From the IMG/VR virus record IMGVR_UViG_3300009152_000039, positions 1 to 64,000 of that record: a stretch of 64,000 bases of DNA; one strand, 5' to 3'. The notes beneath the pieces were generated by a model. It was not told the DNA's origin. It was given only the letters and a program-made list of their open reading frames with translations, and did no database searches. This document shows, piece by piece, positions 48,449 to 58,945 of the stretch. Positions within the stretch are counted from its first letter, which is position 1. The number at the start of each line of letters is the position of its first letter. The DNA comes from a virus. The translations under genes were made by a program, and so were the position numbers.

Positions 48449-50572
48449 ATGGCAAATTTAATTCAGATCAAGCGATCGCTAAGCACGGCAAATGCTACCA
48501 GTTTGGCCAATGGTGAAATGGCTTATACGGCCAATGGTGATGTATTATTCATTGGTAGTAATGGTGATATCAAAGCAATTGGTGGAGCCAGAAATCCTGG
48601 TACCCTAACTGCAAATCAAGCGCTTGTTGCAAACGCCACTAGTGGAATTGATAAGGTTATTGTTGCCAATGCTGTACTAACAAGAATATACGCCAATGGT
48701 GCGCATGGTAGTGGTCAAGCTCTACAAGCAAACTCAACGGGTGGAATATTCTGGGGATCGGTAGCTGGATCTATAGCTTTAGATGATCTCACTGACGTTG
48801 CTGTAACAGCTGCAAGTACAGGGCAGGTTTTAATTGCCAACTCGACCGGATTTTTCAGAAATGTATCCTTGTCCGGTGACATTACAATTGATGCAAATGG
48901 TGTAACAGCTATTGCAGCTGATTCAATTGCTCTTGGAACCGATACAACCGGTAACTATGTTGCTACTATTACAGCTGGTAATGGTTTATCCGGAAATGCA
49001 ACAACAGAAGGATCGGCACCCACAATTGCCGTAGTTGCTGGTGGTGGTATTGTATCAAATTCTACTGGTGTTTTTGCTAATACAGATAATTCAACATTGG
49101 AGTTATCAGGTGGTGCTATTAGAGTTAAAGACGATGGTATCGCACTGGGTACCAAGACAACTGGTAACTATGTTGCCACTATCACTGCTGGTAATGGTTT
49201 ATCGGGCAATGCGACAACTGAAGGATCGGCACCTACAATTGCAGTCGTAGCTGGTAGTGGCGTTGCTTCTAATGCAACCGGTGTGCATGTTGTTGCTGGT
49301 AGTGGTATTACTTCCAACTCTACTGGCGTATTTGTCACCGATGGTGATGGTCTATCAGTTAACTCGACCGGTGTTCATGTTGGTGCAGGTAACGGTTTAT
49401 CTGTAAACGCTACATCCGTTGCTGTTGTAGCTAACAGTGGTTTAGCATCAAACTCAACCGGTGTGTTTGTCGTTGCTGGTAGCGGCATCGTATCAAATTC
49501 GACTGGTGTTTTTGCCAACGTTGATGGTTCTACATTAGAACTATCAGGTGGAGCCATTCAAGTTAAAGACGATGGTATTGCTCTTGGCACTAAAACAACT
49601 GGTAACTACGTTGCAACTATCGCAGCTGGAAACGGTATTTCAGGATCGTCTTCATCTGAAGGTGGTGCAGCAACTATTGCAGTTGTTGCTGGTAACGGCA
49701 TTGCTTCCAATTCAACTGGTGTACATGTTGTAGCAGGTACTGGTGTAGTTTCCAACGCAACTGGTGTTCATATTGGTCAAGCTGTCGGTACAACAGATAA
49801 TGTAACATTCAATGATATAACTATCAATGGTAACACAGTATTAGGTAGTAATGCATCCGATGTTGTTTCTATCAAGGGTCTTGTTAACACAAGTATCATC
49901 CCAGCTGCAAATATAACATACAGCCTTGGTAATACTGTATCAAGATTCTTAACAGTTTTCACTCAGAACGTACACTCAGAGTACTTGTATATTGATAAAG
50001 ATGTAACAATTGGTGGTAACCTAGTAATTTCTGGTAACTTGGTTTCTGTAAACGTGTCAACCTTATCGGTTACTGACTCACTAATTCAACTTGCTTCTAA
50101 TAACACAGTTTCTGATTCACTTGACATTGGTTTCTTTGGTAACTACCAAACAGGTGGTGGTGATCCTGAGCATACGGGTTTATTTAGAGATGCGAGCGAT
50201 GATAAGTTTAAGTTGTTTAAAGGTCTACAAGTTGCACCAACAACCACTGTAGATACAGCAAACAACACATATCAGATTGCAACTCTACAAGCATATTTGG
50301 ATTCGGGTGGTTTAACAACCAATTCAACTGCGGTTGCTCTGACTGCAAACTCAACTCTGGCTGTTACACTCACTGCTAACTCACTTACACTTACAACTGC
50401 TCTAGTTGGAACCAGTGGTGGTACTGGTTTAGCAAGCTATACAGCAGAAGACATCTTAGTTGCTAATTCATCAAATGGATTCAGAAAACTTGGATTAGGC
50501 ACTGATGGATTTGTTTTACAATCCAACGGAACTGCTCTTGTTTATTCTACGCTTGATGGAGGAACATTCTAA
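48449..50572 (+). CDS. tail fibre protein
   Basis: IQIKRS...LANGEMAY N-terminus; three IALGTxTTGNYVATI repeats; VVAGSG..SNSTGV repeats; ends LDGGTF. Confidence 0.8.
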   Translation: MANLIQIKRSLSTANATSLANGEMAYTANGDVLFIGSNGDIKAIGGARNPGTLTANQALVANATSGIDKVIVANAVLTRIYANGAHGSGQALQANSTGGIFWGSVAGSIALDDLTDVAVTAASTGQVLIANSTGFFRNVSLSGDITIDANGVTAIAADSIALGTDTTGNYVATITAGNGLSGNATTEGSAPTIAVVAGGGIVSNSTGVFANTDNSTLELSGGAIRVKDDGIALGTKTTGNYVATITAGNGLSGNATTEGSAPTIAVVAGSGVASNATGVHVVAGSGITSNSTGVFVTDGDGLSVNSTGVHVGAGNGLSVNATSVAVVANSGLASNSTGVFVVAGSGIVSNSTGVFANVDGSTLELSGGAIQVKDDGIALGTKTTGNYVATIAAGNGISGSSSSEGGAATIAVVAGNGIASNSTGVHVVAGTGVVSNATGVHIGQAVGTTDNVTFNDITINGNTVLGSNASDVVSIKGLVNTSIIPAANITYSLGNTVSRFLTVFTQNVHSEYLYIDKDVTIGGNLVISGNLVSVNVSTLSVTDSLIQLASNNTVSDSLDIGFFGNYQTGGGDPEHTGLFRDASDDKFKLFKGLQVAPTTTVDTANNTYQIATLQAYLDSGGLTTNSTAVALTANSTLAVTLTANSLTLTTALVGTSGGTGLASYTAEDILVANSSNGFRKLGLGTDGFVLQSNGTALVYSTLDGGTF

Positions 50573-50785
50573 TTGGAAGCTGAATTCGTTAATGCATATA
50601 TTGCTAAACAAAAATCGTGGATTGAAGATTACGTAGCAAAAAATATACTTTTAGAAACCAGGTTACAGCTAGCTGAGGCAAAGATTGGTCAGCTAGCTGG
50701 GCTTTTAGAAGAATCTAACTCTCAAATAGAGAAGCTAAATACCAGGACAAAAAAGAAATCAGAAACACCTGATTCGACGTTCTAA
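50573..50785 (+). CDS. small coiled-coil protein
   Basis: TTG start right after the upstream stop; FVNAYI...NILLETRL. Confidence 0.65.
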   Translation: MEAEFVNAYIAKQKSWIEDYVAKNILLETRLQLAEAKIGQLAGLLEESNSQIEKLNTRTKKKSETPDSTF

Positions 50786-50794
50786 TTCAAATAC

Positions 50795-50813
50795 AGCCCT
50801 AGATAGGGCTTTT
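50795..50813 (+). terminator. short terminator-like hairpin within the late cluster
   Basis: AGCCCT-AGAT-AGGGCT-TTT. Confidence 0.5.
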
Positions 50814-50823
50814 GAGGGGCCAT

Positions 50824-53800
50824 ATGGCTAATAAATTTCAGACCAAACGTACGACTATATCTGGCCGTACGCCCAATACTACCAACTCTGGTAACACTCA
50901 CTACATTGATACTGGTGAGCTAGCGCTCAATCTTACTGATGGTAAGATGTTTTCGTCTAATGGATCCGCATACTTTGAAGTTGGTGCCAACTTACAAAAC
51001 CTGAGTGTCACTGGAAATGCTACTATCAAAGCAATTATTGCTAACGGTAGTATTGGTACAAGTGGTCAAATACTTGCTTCAAATGGATCTGCAATTTATT
51101 GGACTGCTTCAGGTGGAAATGGTTCTGTTACTCAAGTTAACACTGGTAATGGACTTACCGGTGGTCCTATCACGACGACAGGAACAGTTAGTGTCCTGGC
51201 AAATAATGGTATTACATCTAATTCCACTGGACTGTTTGTCACAGCTGGTACTGGTACAGTTGTGAATGCAACTGGTGTTCATGTAAATTCAAGTTATATT
51301 GCTACTATATCAGCAAATAACACATCTTTCCTTGGTGGCACTGCGGCCGCGTCATTTGTTCAGAATACGGACTCAAGAACACTTTCTGGCAATCTGGTAA
51401 TATCTGGCTCCAGCCTAACACCTGCATCTAACACTATCCTGTTAGGAAATTCAACACAGCGTTGGGTACTAACTGCAAACACAATTGATGCTTCAGGTTT
51501 AATTACTGGTGGTGCTGGTGCAACTATTACTGGACAAGTTAATGCTAGTACGGGATTTGGTTCTGGTACAATTAACGCTACCTCAAATGGACTATTTGCT
51601 AATGCTACTACAATATCAGTAGGAAATTCATCAGTTAATGTTGCTATTACCCCATCAACAATTGATTTAGGTACTCAGTTTGATGCAAACAGTACTGGAT
51701 TGTATCACACAGGGACAGTTAATGCTGCCTCTCATACAGTTGGATCCAACTTTATTGCTAACAGTACAGCAATAGTTGGTACTGGATATGCAAACGTAAC
51801 AACAAGTGTTAACTCAGCGTTATTAACAGTTGGAACTGCATTTATTGCTAATACAACTGGTGCTTATCACACTGGTACTGTTAATGCTGCTTCACATACA
51901 GTTGGTACTAGCTTTATTGCCAACTCTACAACAGTTTTAATAGGTAATACTACTTCAGGATTATTAGTTAGTGGTGAGCCAAGCTTGGCTTCTTTTGTTG
52001 GAAAGGCTGGGTATGCTCAGCAAAAGAACTTTGCTGTTGATGATTCCGTATATGGAATCCACGTTGAGTCTTATAATAATAATACAGCCTACACATCTGC
52101 AGCCGTGGGTAGAGGGATGTATGGTGCTTATTTTTATACGGTAGGTAATACTCAATCTACTAATACTGCTGGGGGATTCACTAATAATTATATAACAGGA
52201 GTTTATTCGAGGACTATCAATGCTCCATCGGGTGGTAATGCTCGAGCTGCAAACTTGTATTCTTTTAGAGCAGAAGCAATAAACAATGCTGATGGTGCTG
52301 TTGCTAATACTATTGACAACTTATATGCATACTACGGAGAAGCAACAGTCAGTGGTACTGGTATTACAACAAAGACGTACGGTTCTCATGTAATTGTTGG
52401 GTGGGACGCTGGAGCAGCTGGTGCCAATATTGTTTCTGCATATGGATACTCTGCAAACGTAAAATCCAGTACAGGTGTTACTATAGACACTGGTTATCTT
52501 TATTATGGTACCCATTCTGGCTCCAATACAACCACCAAGTACGGTTTGTATTTAAGCAATGAAGCTAATAACTATCTATCTGCAAATTTAAGAGTTGGTG
52601 ATACTATCACAGCAGATCAGATTAATATTGGAACGAGTAGTTTTATAGCTAATTCATCAGCAATAATTGCTGGTGATCCCTTAACACCAACTGCTAATAC
52701 AATCCTTCTAGGAAACTCAACACAGCGTTGGGTGCTATCAGCAAATACTGGTGACTTTACTGGTACAGTATCAGGTACAGTTGCCAATATGTCCACATCA
52801 GTCAATAGTGCATTGCTAACTGTTGGTACGTCCTTTATTGCTAATACCACCGGAGCTTATCATACTGGATTGGTCAATGCTGCATCTATCAACATAGGTG
52901 GCAGTGGTTTTATTGCCAACTCAACAGCAATTGTCTTAGCAGAACCGGTAACTGCAAATGCAACTACAGGTACAGCTGGTCAAGCGTTATTATCTAACGG
53001 TACAGTAGGATCTCCTTATTGGGGAACACCAACATCATCTCCTGGTGCAACGTATGTTCAAAATACGGATTCAAGAACTCTGTCAGGTAACCTAGTAATA
53101 TCAGGCACATACTTTAATCCTAGTGCAAATACAATTCTGTTAGGTAATACAATACAGCGTTGGGTACTAGCTGCAAACACAATTGATGCTTCAGGTTTAA
53201 TTACTGGTGGTGCTGGTGCAACAATTACTGGTCAGGTGAATGCTAGTACTGGATTCGGATCAGGTACAATCAATGCTACGTCTAATGGATTAATAGCCAA
53301 TAGTACAACTATAACTGTTGGTAACTCATCAGTTAACGTTTCTATTACACCATCAGATATAGCATTAGGTACTCAGTTTGATGCCAATAGTACGGGACTA
53401 TATCATACGGGTACTGTCAATGCTGCTAGTCATACTGTTGGATCTAATTTTATAGCAAATAGCACTGCAATAGTTGGAACTGGATATGCTAACGTAACAA
53501 CAAGTGTTAACTCTGCTCTATTTACTGTTGGTACATCGTTTATAGCTAATACTACTGGAGCATATCATACCGGTACTATTAATGCTGCCTCTCATACTAC
53601 TACTGGTTTTGTTGCTAATACTACAGTCATAGCACCAACCTCCAATACGATTCTATTAGGTAATACAATAGGAAGATTTGTAGTATCGGCTAATACAATT
53701 AACGCATCTGGACTAATTACTGGTAGTGCTGGTGCTGATATTACTGGTCAGGTCAATGCATCTACGGGATTTGGTTCCGGAACAATTAATGCTACATCTA

Positions 53801-54840
53801 ATGGATTATTTGCTAACTCCACTACTATATCATTAGGAAACTCATCTGTCAACGTTGCAATTACTACAGCTGGTATAACATCATCTGGTAGTACTGGCAT
53901 TAATCCATCATCAAATACAGTTGGTACTGCACTTGGTACAGCGACACAGCGTTGGGTATTAAATGCCAATACTGGATCATTTGCTGGTACAGTATCGGGC
54001 ATTACTACACTGGCAGCAGGTAATACAACAGTCACTGGGTTTGCAAACATTACTAGTACAATTCAAGGTGGATCTAGCTTAACTATTGCTGGTGCACTAT
54101 CTGGTGTTACAACAGCAGCAATGGGTAATACAACTATTACTGGTTTTGCTAATGCATCTGTTAGTGTTAATTCTGCAATACTAACAGTCGGCACATCATT
54201 CATTGCTAATACTACAGGAGCATATCATACTGGTTTAGTCAATGCTGCTAGTCATACAACTTCTGGTTTTGTTGCTAATACAACTGTAATTGCTCCAACT
54301 TCTAATACAATTCTTTTAGGCAATACAATAGGAAGATTCGTTGTATCAGCAAACACAATTGATACTTCTGGGTTAATTACAGGTGGTGCTGGTGCAACTA
54401 TCACTGGCCAGGTAAATGCTAGCACTGGATTTGGTTCTGGTACAATCAATGCAACATCAAATGGATTATTTGCTAACTCGACTACTATATCATTAGGAAA
54501 CTCTTCGGTCAACGTTGCAATTACTACGGCTGGTATAACATCATCTGGTGGCACTGGTATCAATCCATCATCAAATACTGTTGGTACTGCATTAGGTACT
54601 ACGACTCAGCGCTGGGTGGTGAATGCTAACACTGGATCATTTGCTGGTGATGTGACTATATCAAGTAGCACTGCTTCTGGTAATAATAGTACAGGTGCTT
54701 TAAAGGTTACTGGTGGTGTTGGAGTTGGTGATAGTGTATATGTTAAGAATAGGGTTGGTTTTACTAATTCTACAAACATCAGTGTTGTATATCAAGTGTA
54801 TAACGTGACTACAAACAGTTTAGATACGGTGTTTGGATAA
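50824..54840 (+). CDS. long tail fibre protein
   Basis: KFQTKRT...GELALNLTDGKMF N-terminus; shared modules; TGALKVTGGVGV...NSLDTVFG end. Confidence 0.8.
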   Translation: MANKFQTKRTTISGRTPNTTNSGNTHYIDTGELALNLTDGKMFSSNGSAYFEVGANLQNLSVTGNATIKAIIANGSIGTSGQILASNGSAIYWTASGGNGSVTQVNTGNGLTGGPITTTGTVSVLANNGITSNSTGLFVTAGTGTVVNATGVHVNSSYIATISANNTSFLGGTAAASFVQNTDSRTLSGNLVISGSSLTPASNTILLGNSTQRWVLTANTIDASGLITGGAGATITGQVNASTGFGSGTINATSNGLFANATTISVGNSSVNVAITPSTIDLGTQFDANSTGLYHTGTVNAASHTVGSNFIANSTAIVGTGYANVTTSVNSALLTVGTAFIANTTGAYHTGTVNAASHTVGTSFIANSTTVLIGNTTSGLLVSGEPSLASFVGKAGYAQQKNFAVDDSVYGIHVESYNNNTAYTSAAVGRGMYGAYFYTVGNTQSTNTAGGFTNNYITGVYSRTINAPSGGNARAANLYSFRAEAINNADGAVANTIDNLYAYYGEATVSGTGITTKTYGSHVIVGWDAGAAGANIVSAYGYSANVKSSTGVTIDTGYLYYGTHSGSNTTTKYGLYLSNEANNYLSANLRVGDTITADQINIGTSSFIANSSAIIAGDPLTPTANTILLGNSTQRWVLSANTGDFTGTVSGTVANMSTSVNSALLTVGTSFIANTTGAYHTGLVNAASINIGGSGFIANSTAIVLAEPVTANATTGTAGQALLSNGTVGSPYWGTPTSSPGATYVQNTDSRTLSGNLVISGTYFNPSANTILLGNTIQRWVLAANTIDASGLITGGAGATITGQVNASTGFGSGTINATSNGLIANSTTITVGNSSVNVSITPSDIALGTQFDANSTGLYHTGTVNAASHTVGSNFIANSTAIVGTGYANVTTSVNSALFTVGTSFIANTTGAYHTGTINAASHTTTGFVANTTVIAPTSNTILLGNTIGRFVVSANTINASGLITGSAGADITGQVNASTGFGSGTINATSNGLFANSTTISLGNSSVNVAITTAGITSSGSTGINPSSNTVGTALGTATQRWVLNANTGSFAGTVSGITTLAAGNTTVTGFANITSTIQGGSSLTIAGALSGVTTAAMGNTTITGFANASVSVNSAILTVGTSFIANTTGAYHTGLVNAASHTTSGFVANTTVIAPTSNTILLGNTIGRFVVSANTIDTSGLITGGAGATITGQVNASTGFGSGTINATSNGLFANSTTISLGNSSVNVAITTAGITSSGGTGINPSSNTVGTALGTTTQRWVVNANTGSFAGDVTISSSTASGNNSTGALKVTGGVGVGDSVYVKNRVGFTNSTNISVVYQVYNVTTNSLDTVFG

Positions 54841-57212
54841 TGGCAATAGCTACTAGACTTACAAACACAGGGACGTTCTTAGTAAATGGGTCTTTTGACG
54901 AGCTAACAGATGGGATAGTATATGATAGTAGTCTCAAACTTTATCTCAATGCTATTAAGTCTTTCCCACTAGTCGTTCAGTATGTTATTGTTGGTGGTGG
55001 TGGTGCTGGAGGAAAAGATGGTAACGACAGTGGAGGTGGAGGAGCTGGAGGGTATCGTTCATCGGTAACTGGTGAGCTTTCGGGAGGTAACAGTACAGCC
55101 GAAACTCCACTTACTCTGAATCCTGGAGTTGAGTATGGAGTTAGTATTGGTAATGGGGGACCGGGTAATGGATTTGCCAGTTCATCAGGTAGCACTTTTA
55201 ATTCAATTACAGCACAAGCTGGTGGCGTTGGTGCTGCTGCGGTAACTGCACAACCTGCAGTTAGTGGTGGGTCTGGTGGTGGTGGTAGTTCTAAAGCAGG
55301 TCAAGAAACTGGCGCTGCAGGGACTTCAGGTCAAGGTTTTGCTGGAGGCAATTTTGCAACAGATGGTGGAGGTGGTGGTGGGGCAAGTAGTGCTGGATAT
55401 AATGGAAACGATGCTACGAAGCCTGGTTATGGTGGGGATGGTATACAGTCCAATATAACAGGAACACCAACCTACTATGCTGGTGGTGGAGGCGGAGGTA
55501 TTGATACTGCTGGTAGAGGCATTGGTGGACTTGGTGGTGGTGGCAATGGATCAGTTACTGGAAATGGTGGTAACGCTACTGGGTACGGTAGTGGAGGTGG
55601 TGGCTGCGGAGGTACTGGTACAGGTGGTGATGGATCTGATGGTGTGATTATTCTACGATATCCAAATGTATACACTATATCACTAACTAATTGTGGTGGA
55701 ACTACAACAACAGTTGGATCTGATAAAGTAACTGTAATAAACAGCTCTGATCCCGAACTTGATGCAAGTGTATCTTGGTCGCTTACCAGTTCATCTTGGA
55801 GTGATTTGAGTGGTAACGGCAATACTGCTACTTTAGTTGCCTCTCCTACATTTACAACTAGTGGTGGCGGGGCTATCACATTTAATCCATCTGGTACAGG
55901 ACAGTATGCTAATATTCCTGTTGCAGCTATACCTTCGGGAGGTAACCAGGTTAGTATATCCTGTTGGATCAACTTAGGTAATCCTGCAACACCACCAGCC
56001 GCTAGTGTGTTTTCATGTTCTGATTCTGTAGGTAATAGGATAATAAACATACACCTGCCTTGGAATGATAGTATAGTTTATTGGGACGCTGGTAATAGTG
56101 GAGGTACCTACGATAGGATTAATACTAGCACGCTGAGCTTAGCACAAAAAACAGATTGGCATCATTGGGCATTCACTAAAAATGCTACAACTGGTACTAT
56201 GGCCATTTATTTAGATGGTGTAAGCATAGCAACTGGTACAGGAAAGACTCTTGCACTTGGTACAGCTAGTACAGCAACTGTTCCTTGTGCAATTGCAAAT
56301 TTTCAAGGTACTGCAAACTGGAATGGTAGTGTTGGTAGTTTTGAAATATATAATGTTGCACTTACTGCTACTCAGGTAGCACAAAACTACTCAGCAACAT
56401 CAGCACCTTACACTAAATTTAAAACCGCATCAAACACAGTTTATGCTACAGAATTTGATGAAAAAATTATTAACGGAGGTAGCGTGGCTAAAAGAGAGTT
56501 GAGTACTGGTGTATTACAAGTTAGTGATGAGTTTGATGAAGTTAGCTTTGCTGCAGGTTCTATCAGTTTTAATGGTGCTAATCAATATTTGACTGTTGCA
56601 AGTAACAATATTTTTACGCCATTGCAGACTGGTATTTTCACAGTGGAGGCTTGGATTTACGTTACAGGTGGATCTGGAACCCAAAGAGAACTTGTAGTTC
56701 GCCATAATCCAGGAAGTAGCCTTAACTGGATGTTGGAGCTCACTGCTGGAAATCTAGCATCATTTTATTTTAATGGTGTTAGTGGAGGAGAAAGTATTAG
56801 TAGTGTTGCTACAGTACCGTCGAATAGATGGGTGCATGTTGCAGGTGGGATAAGCGGTGTCAATAAATTTGTTTGCCTTGATGGAGTTTATAGATCTGCT
56901 GCTTATACTTCAGCGCCTGTACTTCAAGGTGCTGGTGGTACTACGTTACCAATTGTCATTGGTGCTGCTCAAAATGGCACTTTAGGTTTTACTGGTTTAA
57001 TATCAAATGTGCGAGGTGTTAATGGTACTGCGTTGTATACAGCAAACTATACCCCATCTCGTACAGTATTTCCTGCTATTACCGATACCTTTTTGTTGTT
57101 AAATGTTATTGATTCCACTAACTTCATTAGAGATAACAGCAAAAATACATTTACTATAACTAACAACGGTACTGCTACGTTCAACACTAGCGGACCTTTT
57201 AACGGACAATAA
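54840..57212 (+). CDS. adhesin-like protein: Gly-rich domain plus two LamG/ConA-like domains
   Basis: YVIVGGGGAGG...GVIILRYP; WSDLSGNGN...SISCWI...WHHWAF...IYLDG; FTVEAWIY...WVHVA...ISNVR. Confidence 0.8.
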   Translation: MAIATRLTNTGTFLVNGSFDELTDGIVYDSSLKLYLNAIKSFPLVVQYVIVGGGGAGGKDGNDSGGGGAGGYRSSVTGELSGGNSTAETPLTLNPGVEYGVSIGNGGPGNGFASSSGSTFNSITAQAGGVGAAAVTAQPAVSGGSGGGGSSKAGQETGAAGTSGQGFAGGNFATDGGGGGGASSAGYNGNDATKPGYGGDGIQSNITGTPTYYAGGGGGGIDTAGRGIGGLGGGGNGSVTGNGGNATGYGSGGGGCGGTGTGGDGSDGVIILRYPNVYTISLTNCGGTTTTVGSDKVTVINSSDPELDASVSWSLTSSSWSDLSGNGNTATLVASPTFTTSGGGAITFNPSGTGQYANIPVAAIPSGGNQVSISCWINLGNPATPPAASVFSCSDSVGNRIINIHLPWNDSIVYWDAGNSGGTYDRINTSTLSLAQKTDWHHWAFTKNATTGTMAIYLDGVSIATGTGKTLALGTASTATVPCAIANFQGTANWNGSVGSFEIYNVALTATQVAQNYSATSAPYTKFKTASNTVYATEFDEKIINGGSVAKRELSTGVLQVSDEFDEVSFAAGSISFNGANQYLTVASNNIFTPLQTGIFTVEAWIYVTGGSGTQRELVVRHNPGSSLNWMLELTAGNLASFYFNGVSGGESISSVATVPSNRWVHVAGGISGVNKFVCLDGVYRSAAYTSAPVLQGAGGTTLPIVIGAAQNGTLGFTGLISNVRGVNGTALYTANYTPSRTVFPAITDTFLLLNVIDSTNFIRDNSKNTFTITNNGTATFNTSGPFNGQ

Positions 57213-57222
57213 ATATTAAACT

Positions 57223-57846
57223 ATGGCTAAACTAAACTCAGGAACAAGAATATACGGCACTGCCAATATTGATACTCAAATCAACATTGGTGCCAACGTC
57301 GTTGCTAACACTACTGGATTTGGTTCTGGTACGATCAATGCTACTTCAAATGGATTTTTAGCAACTGCTACTACAATATCATTAGGTAACACATCAGTTA
57401 ACGTTGCTATAACTGTTGCTATTGTGGCTGTAGGTGCTACGTTTATTTCTAATACGACTGCTACTGTTGTTACTACACCACTTACTGCAAATGCATCTAC
57501 AGGAACTTCCGGACAGGTTTTGGTATCAAACGGAACAGTTGGTTCTCCATACTGGTCTTCAGTAGCTACTATTGGTTCTGGTCAAACTTGGACGGATGTA
57601 AAGGCATCTAGAGCTACCGGAACTACGTATACAAACTCAACAGGTAGACCAATCATGGTGGTGGTTGGTCCAACCGCGGCTGCTGGGGTGAGTGGTGTTT
57701 TTAATATTTCTAGTGTTGCTGTTGCCTCTATCACCAGTACTGGTAGTGCTGCATCACTATTTTCTTTCATCATCCCTAACGGCGTAACCTATTCTGTAAC
57801 AAATACCGCTAGCTATGTCGTAAGTACTTGGTATGAGCTTCGCTAA
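57223..57846 (+). CDS. short fibre protein
   Basis: MAKLNSGTRIYG; IGSGQTWTDV...YTNSTGRPIMV...WYELR end. Confidence 0.7.
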   Translation: MAKLNSGTRIYGTANIDTQINIGANVVANTTGFGSGTINATSNGFLATATTISLGNTSVNVAITVAIVAVGATFISNTTATVVTTPLTANASTGTSGQVLVSNGTVGSPYWSSVATIGSGQTWTDVKASRATGTTYTNSTGRPIMVVVGPTAAAGVSGVFNISSVAVASITSTGSAASLFSFIIPNGVTYSVTNTASYVVSTWYELR

Positions 57847-57855
57847 GGATAAAAT

Positions 57856-58140
57856 ATGAAATATTACAAAGACCCAATCACAAACGAACTATACGCATAC
57901 GAATTAGATGGCTCACAGGACCATATCATTCCGAATGATTTCCTACCCCTTACTGATAGTGAAGTCAGTGAAATACGGCTTCAACTGATCCAACAAAACG
58001 AGCAAGCTAAAACTTATAGAGAACGACGTGCAGCAGAATATCCATCGTTTGCTGATCAGTTTGATTTGCTGTACCACGGTGGCTATGACGCGTGGAAAGC
58101 TGCAATTGATGTAGTAAAAGCAAAATATCCAAAGGAATAA
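57856..58140 (+). CDS. putative fibre assembly chaperone
   Basis: YAYELDGSQD; YRERRAAEYP...QFDLLYH...W...I..VKAKYPK. Confidence 0.65.
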   Translation: MKYYKDPITNELYAYELDGSQDHIIPNDFLPLTDSEVSEIRLQLIQQNEQAKTYRERRAAEYPSFADQFDLLYHGGYDAWKAAIDVVKAKYPKE

Positions 58141-58169
58141 AGTGGGGTTGACCAGGTAGTTTATATAAA

Positions 58170-58177
58170 CATAAATA
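58170..58177 (+). promoter_or_regulatory. late-promoter-like site
   Basis: CATAAATA, intergenic before gp13. Confidence 0.55.
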
Positions 58178-58201
58178 CTTGATCAAATTAAGGAGTAAGC
58201 C

Positions 58202-58945
58202 ATGGCCGTTCCAACAACCAGAGCAGCATTTAAAGAATACTGTCTCAGAAAACTGGGTAAACCAGTGATTGAGATCAATGTTGATGATGATCAAGTGGAA
58301 GACCGTATTGACGAGTCACTTAAATATTACTACGACTATCATTTTGATGGGTCGGAAAGAATTTACTACAAGCACACAATTACATCAACTGATGTAACAA
58401 ACAAATACATCACGCTCCCAGAAAACATTATCGGTGCTGTCAGGATCTTCAATCTTGGTGACCCCATGGTTACTAATAACCTGTTTGATATCAGGTATCA
58501 GATTGCTCTAAACGACCTGTACACTCTCACTTCCGTTTCTATGGTTCCATATTATATGGCATTTCAGCACATCCAGTTGATGGAGCAAATGTTAGTTGGC
58601 CAACAGCCAATTAGATATAATAGACACACAAACAAACTATATGTGGACATGGATTGGGAGTATAAAGCAAAAGTTGGATACTTTTTAATTGTTGAGGCCT
58701 ATGAGATTGTTGATCCTGAAGTGTATACAGATGCATGGGGAGATAGATGGCTTCAAGAGTATTGTACGGAAAAAATCAAGTATCAATGGGGAACTAATCT
58801 AAGCAAGTTCAACGGAATGCAGCTTCCTGGTGGTGTCACGTTCAACGGACAGAATATCAAACAAGAGGCTGATGCTGCTATTGATAAGTTGGAAAAGGAA
58901 ATGATTACTTCCTATTCCTTGCCGGTAATGGATATGGTTGGCTGA
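58202..58945 (+). CDS. gp13: neck protein
   Basis: YCLRKLGKPVIEINVDDDQVEDRIDE...YHFDG...QWGTNLSKF.GMQLPGGVTFNG. Confidence 0.93.
   Translation: MAVPTTRAAFKEYCLRKLGKPVIEINVDDDQVEDRIDESLKYYYDYHFDGSERIYYKHTITSTDVTNKYITLPENIIGAVRIFNLGDPMVTNNLFDIRYQIALNDLYTLTSVSMVPYYMAFQHIQLMEQMLVGQQPIRYNRHTNKLYVDMDWEYKAKVGYFLIVEAYEIVDPEVYTDAWGDRWLQEYCTEKIKYQWGTNLSKFNGMQLPGGVTFNGQNIKQEADAAIDKLEKEMITSYSLPVMDMVG

Noticed and set aside
41322-57773. Many minus-strand ORFs rich in P/V/L/A
   Set aside because: Antisense shadows of Gly/Thr/Asn-rich fibre genes with no independent coding signals
40450-57846. Repeats as a CRISPR array or diversity-generating retroelement
   Set aside because: Repeats are in-frame coding modules with synonymous differences; no repeat-spacer periodicity, reverse transcriptase or adenine-specific TR/VR pair seen
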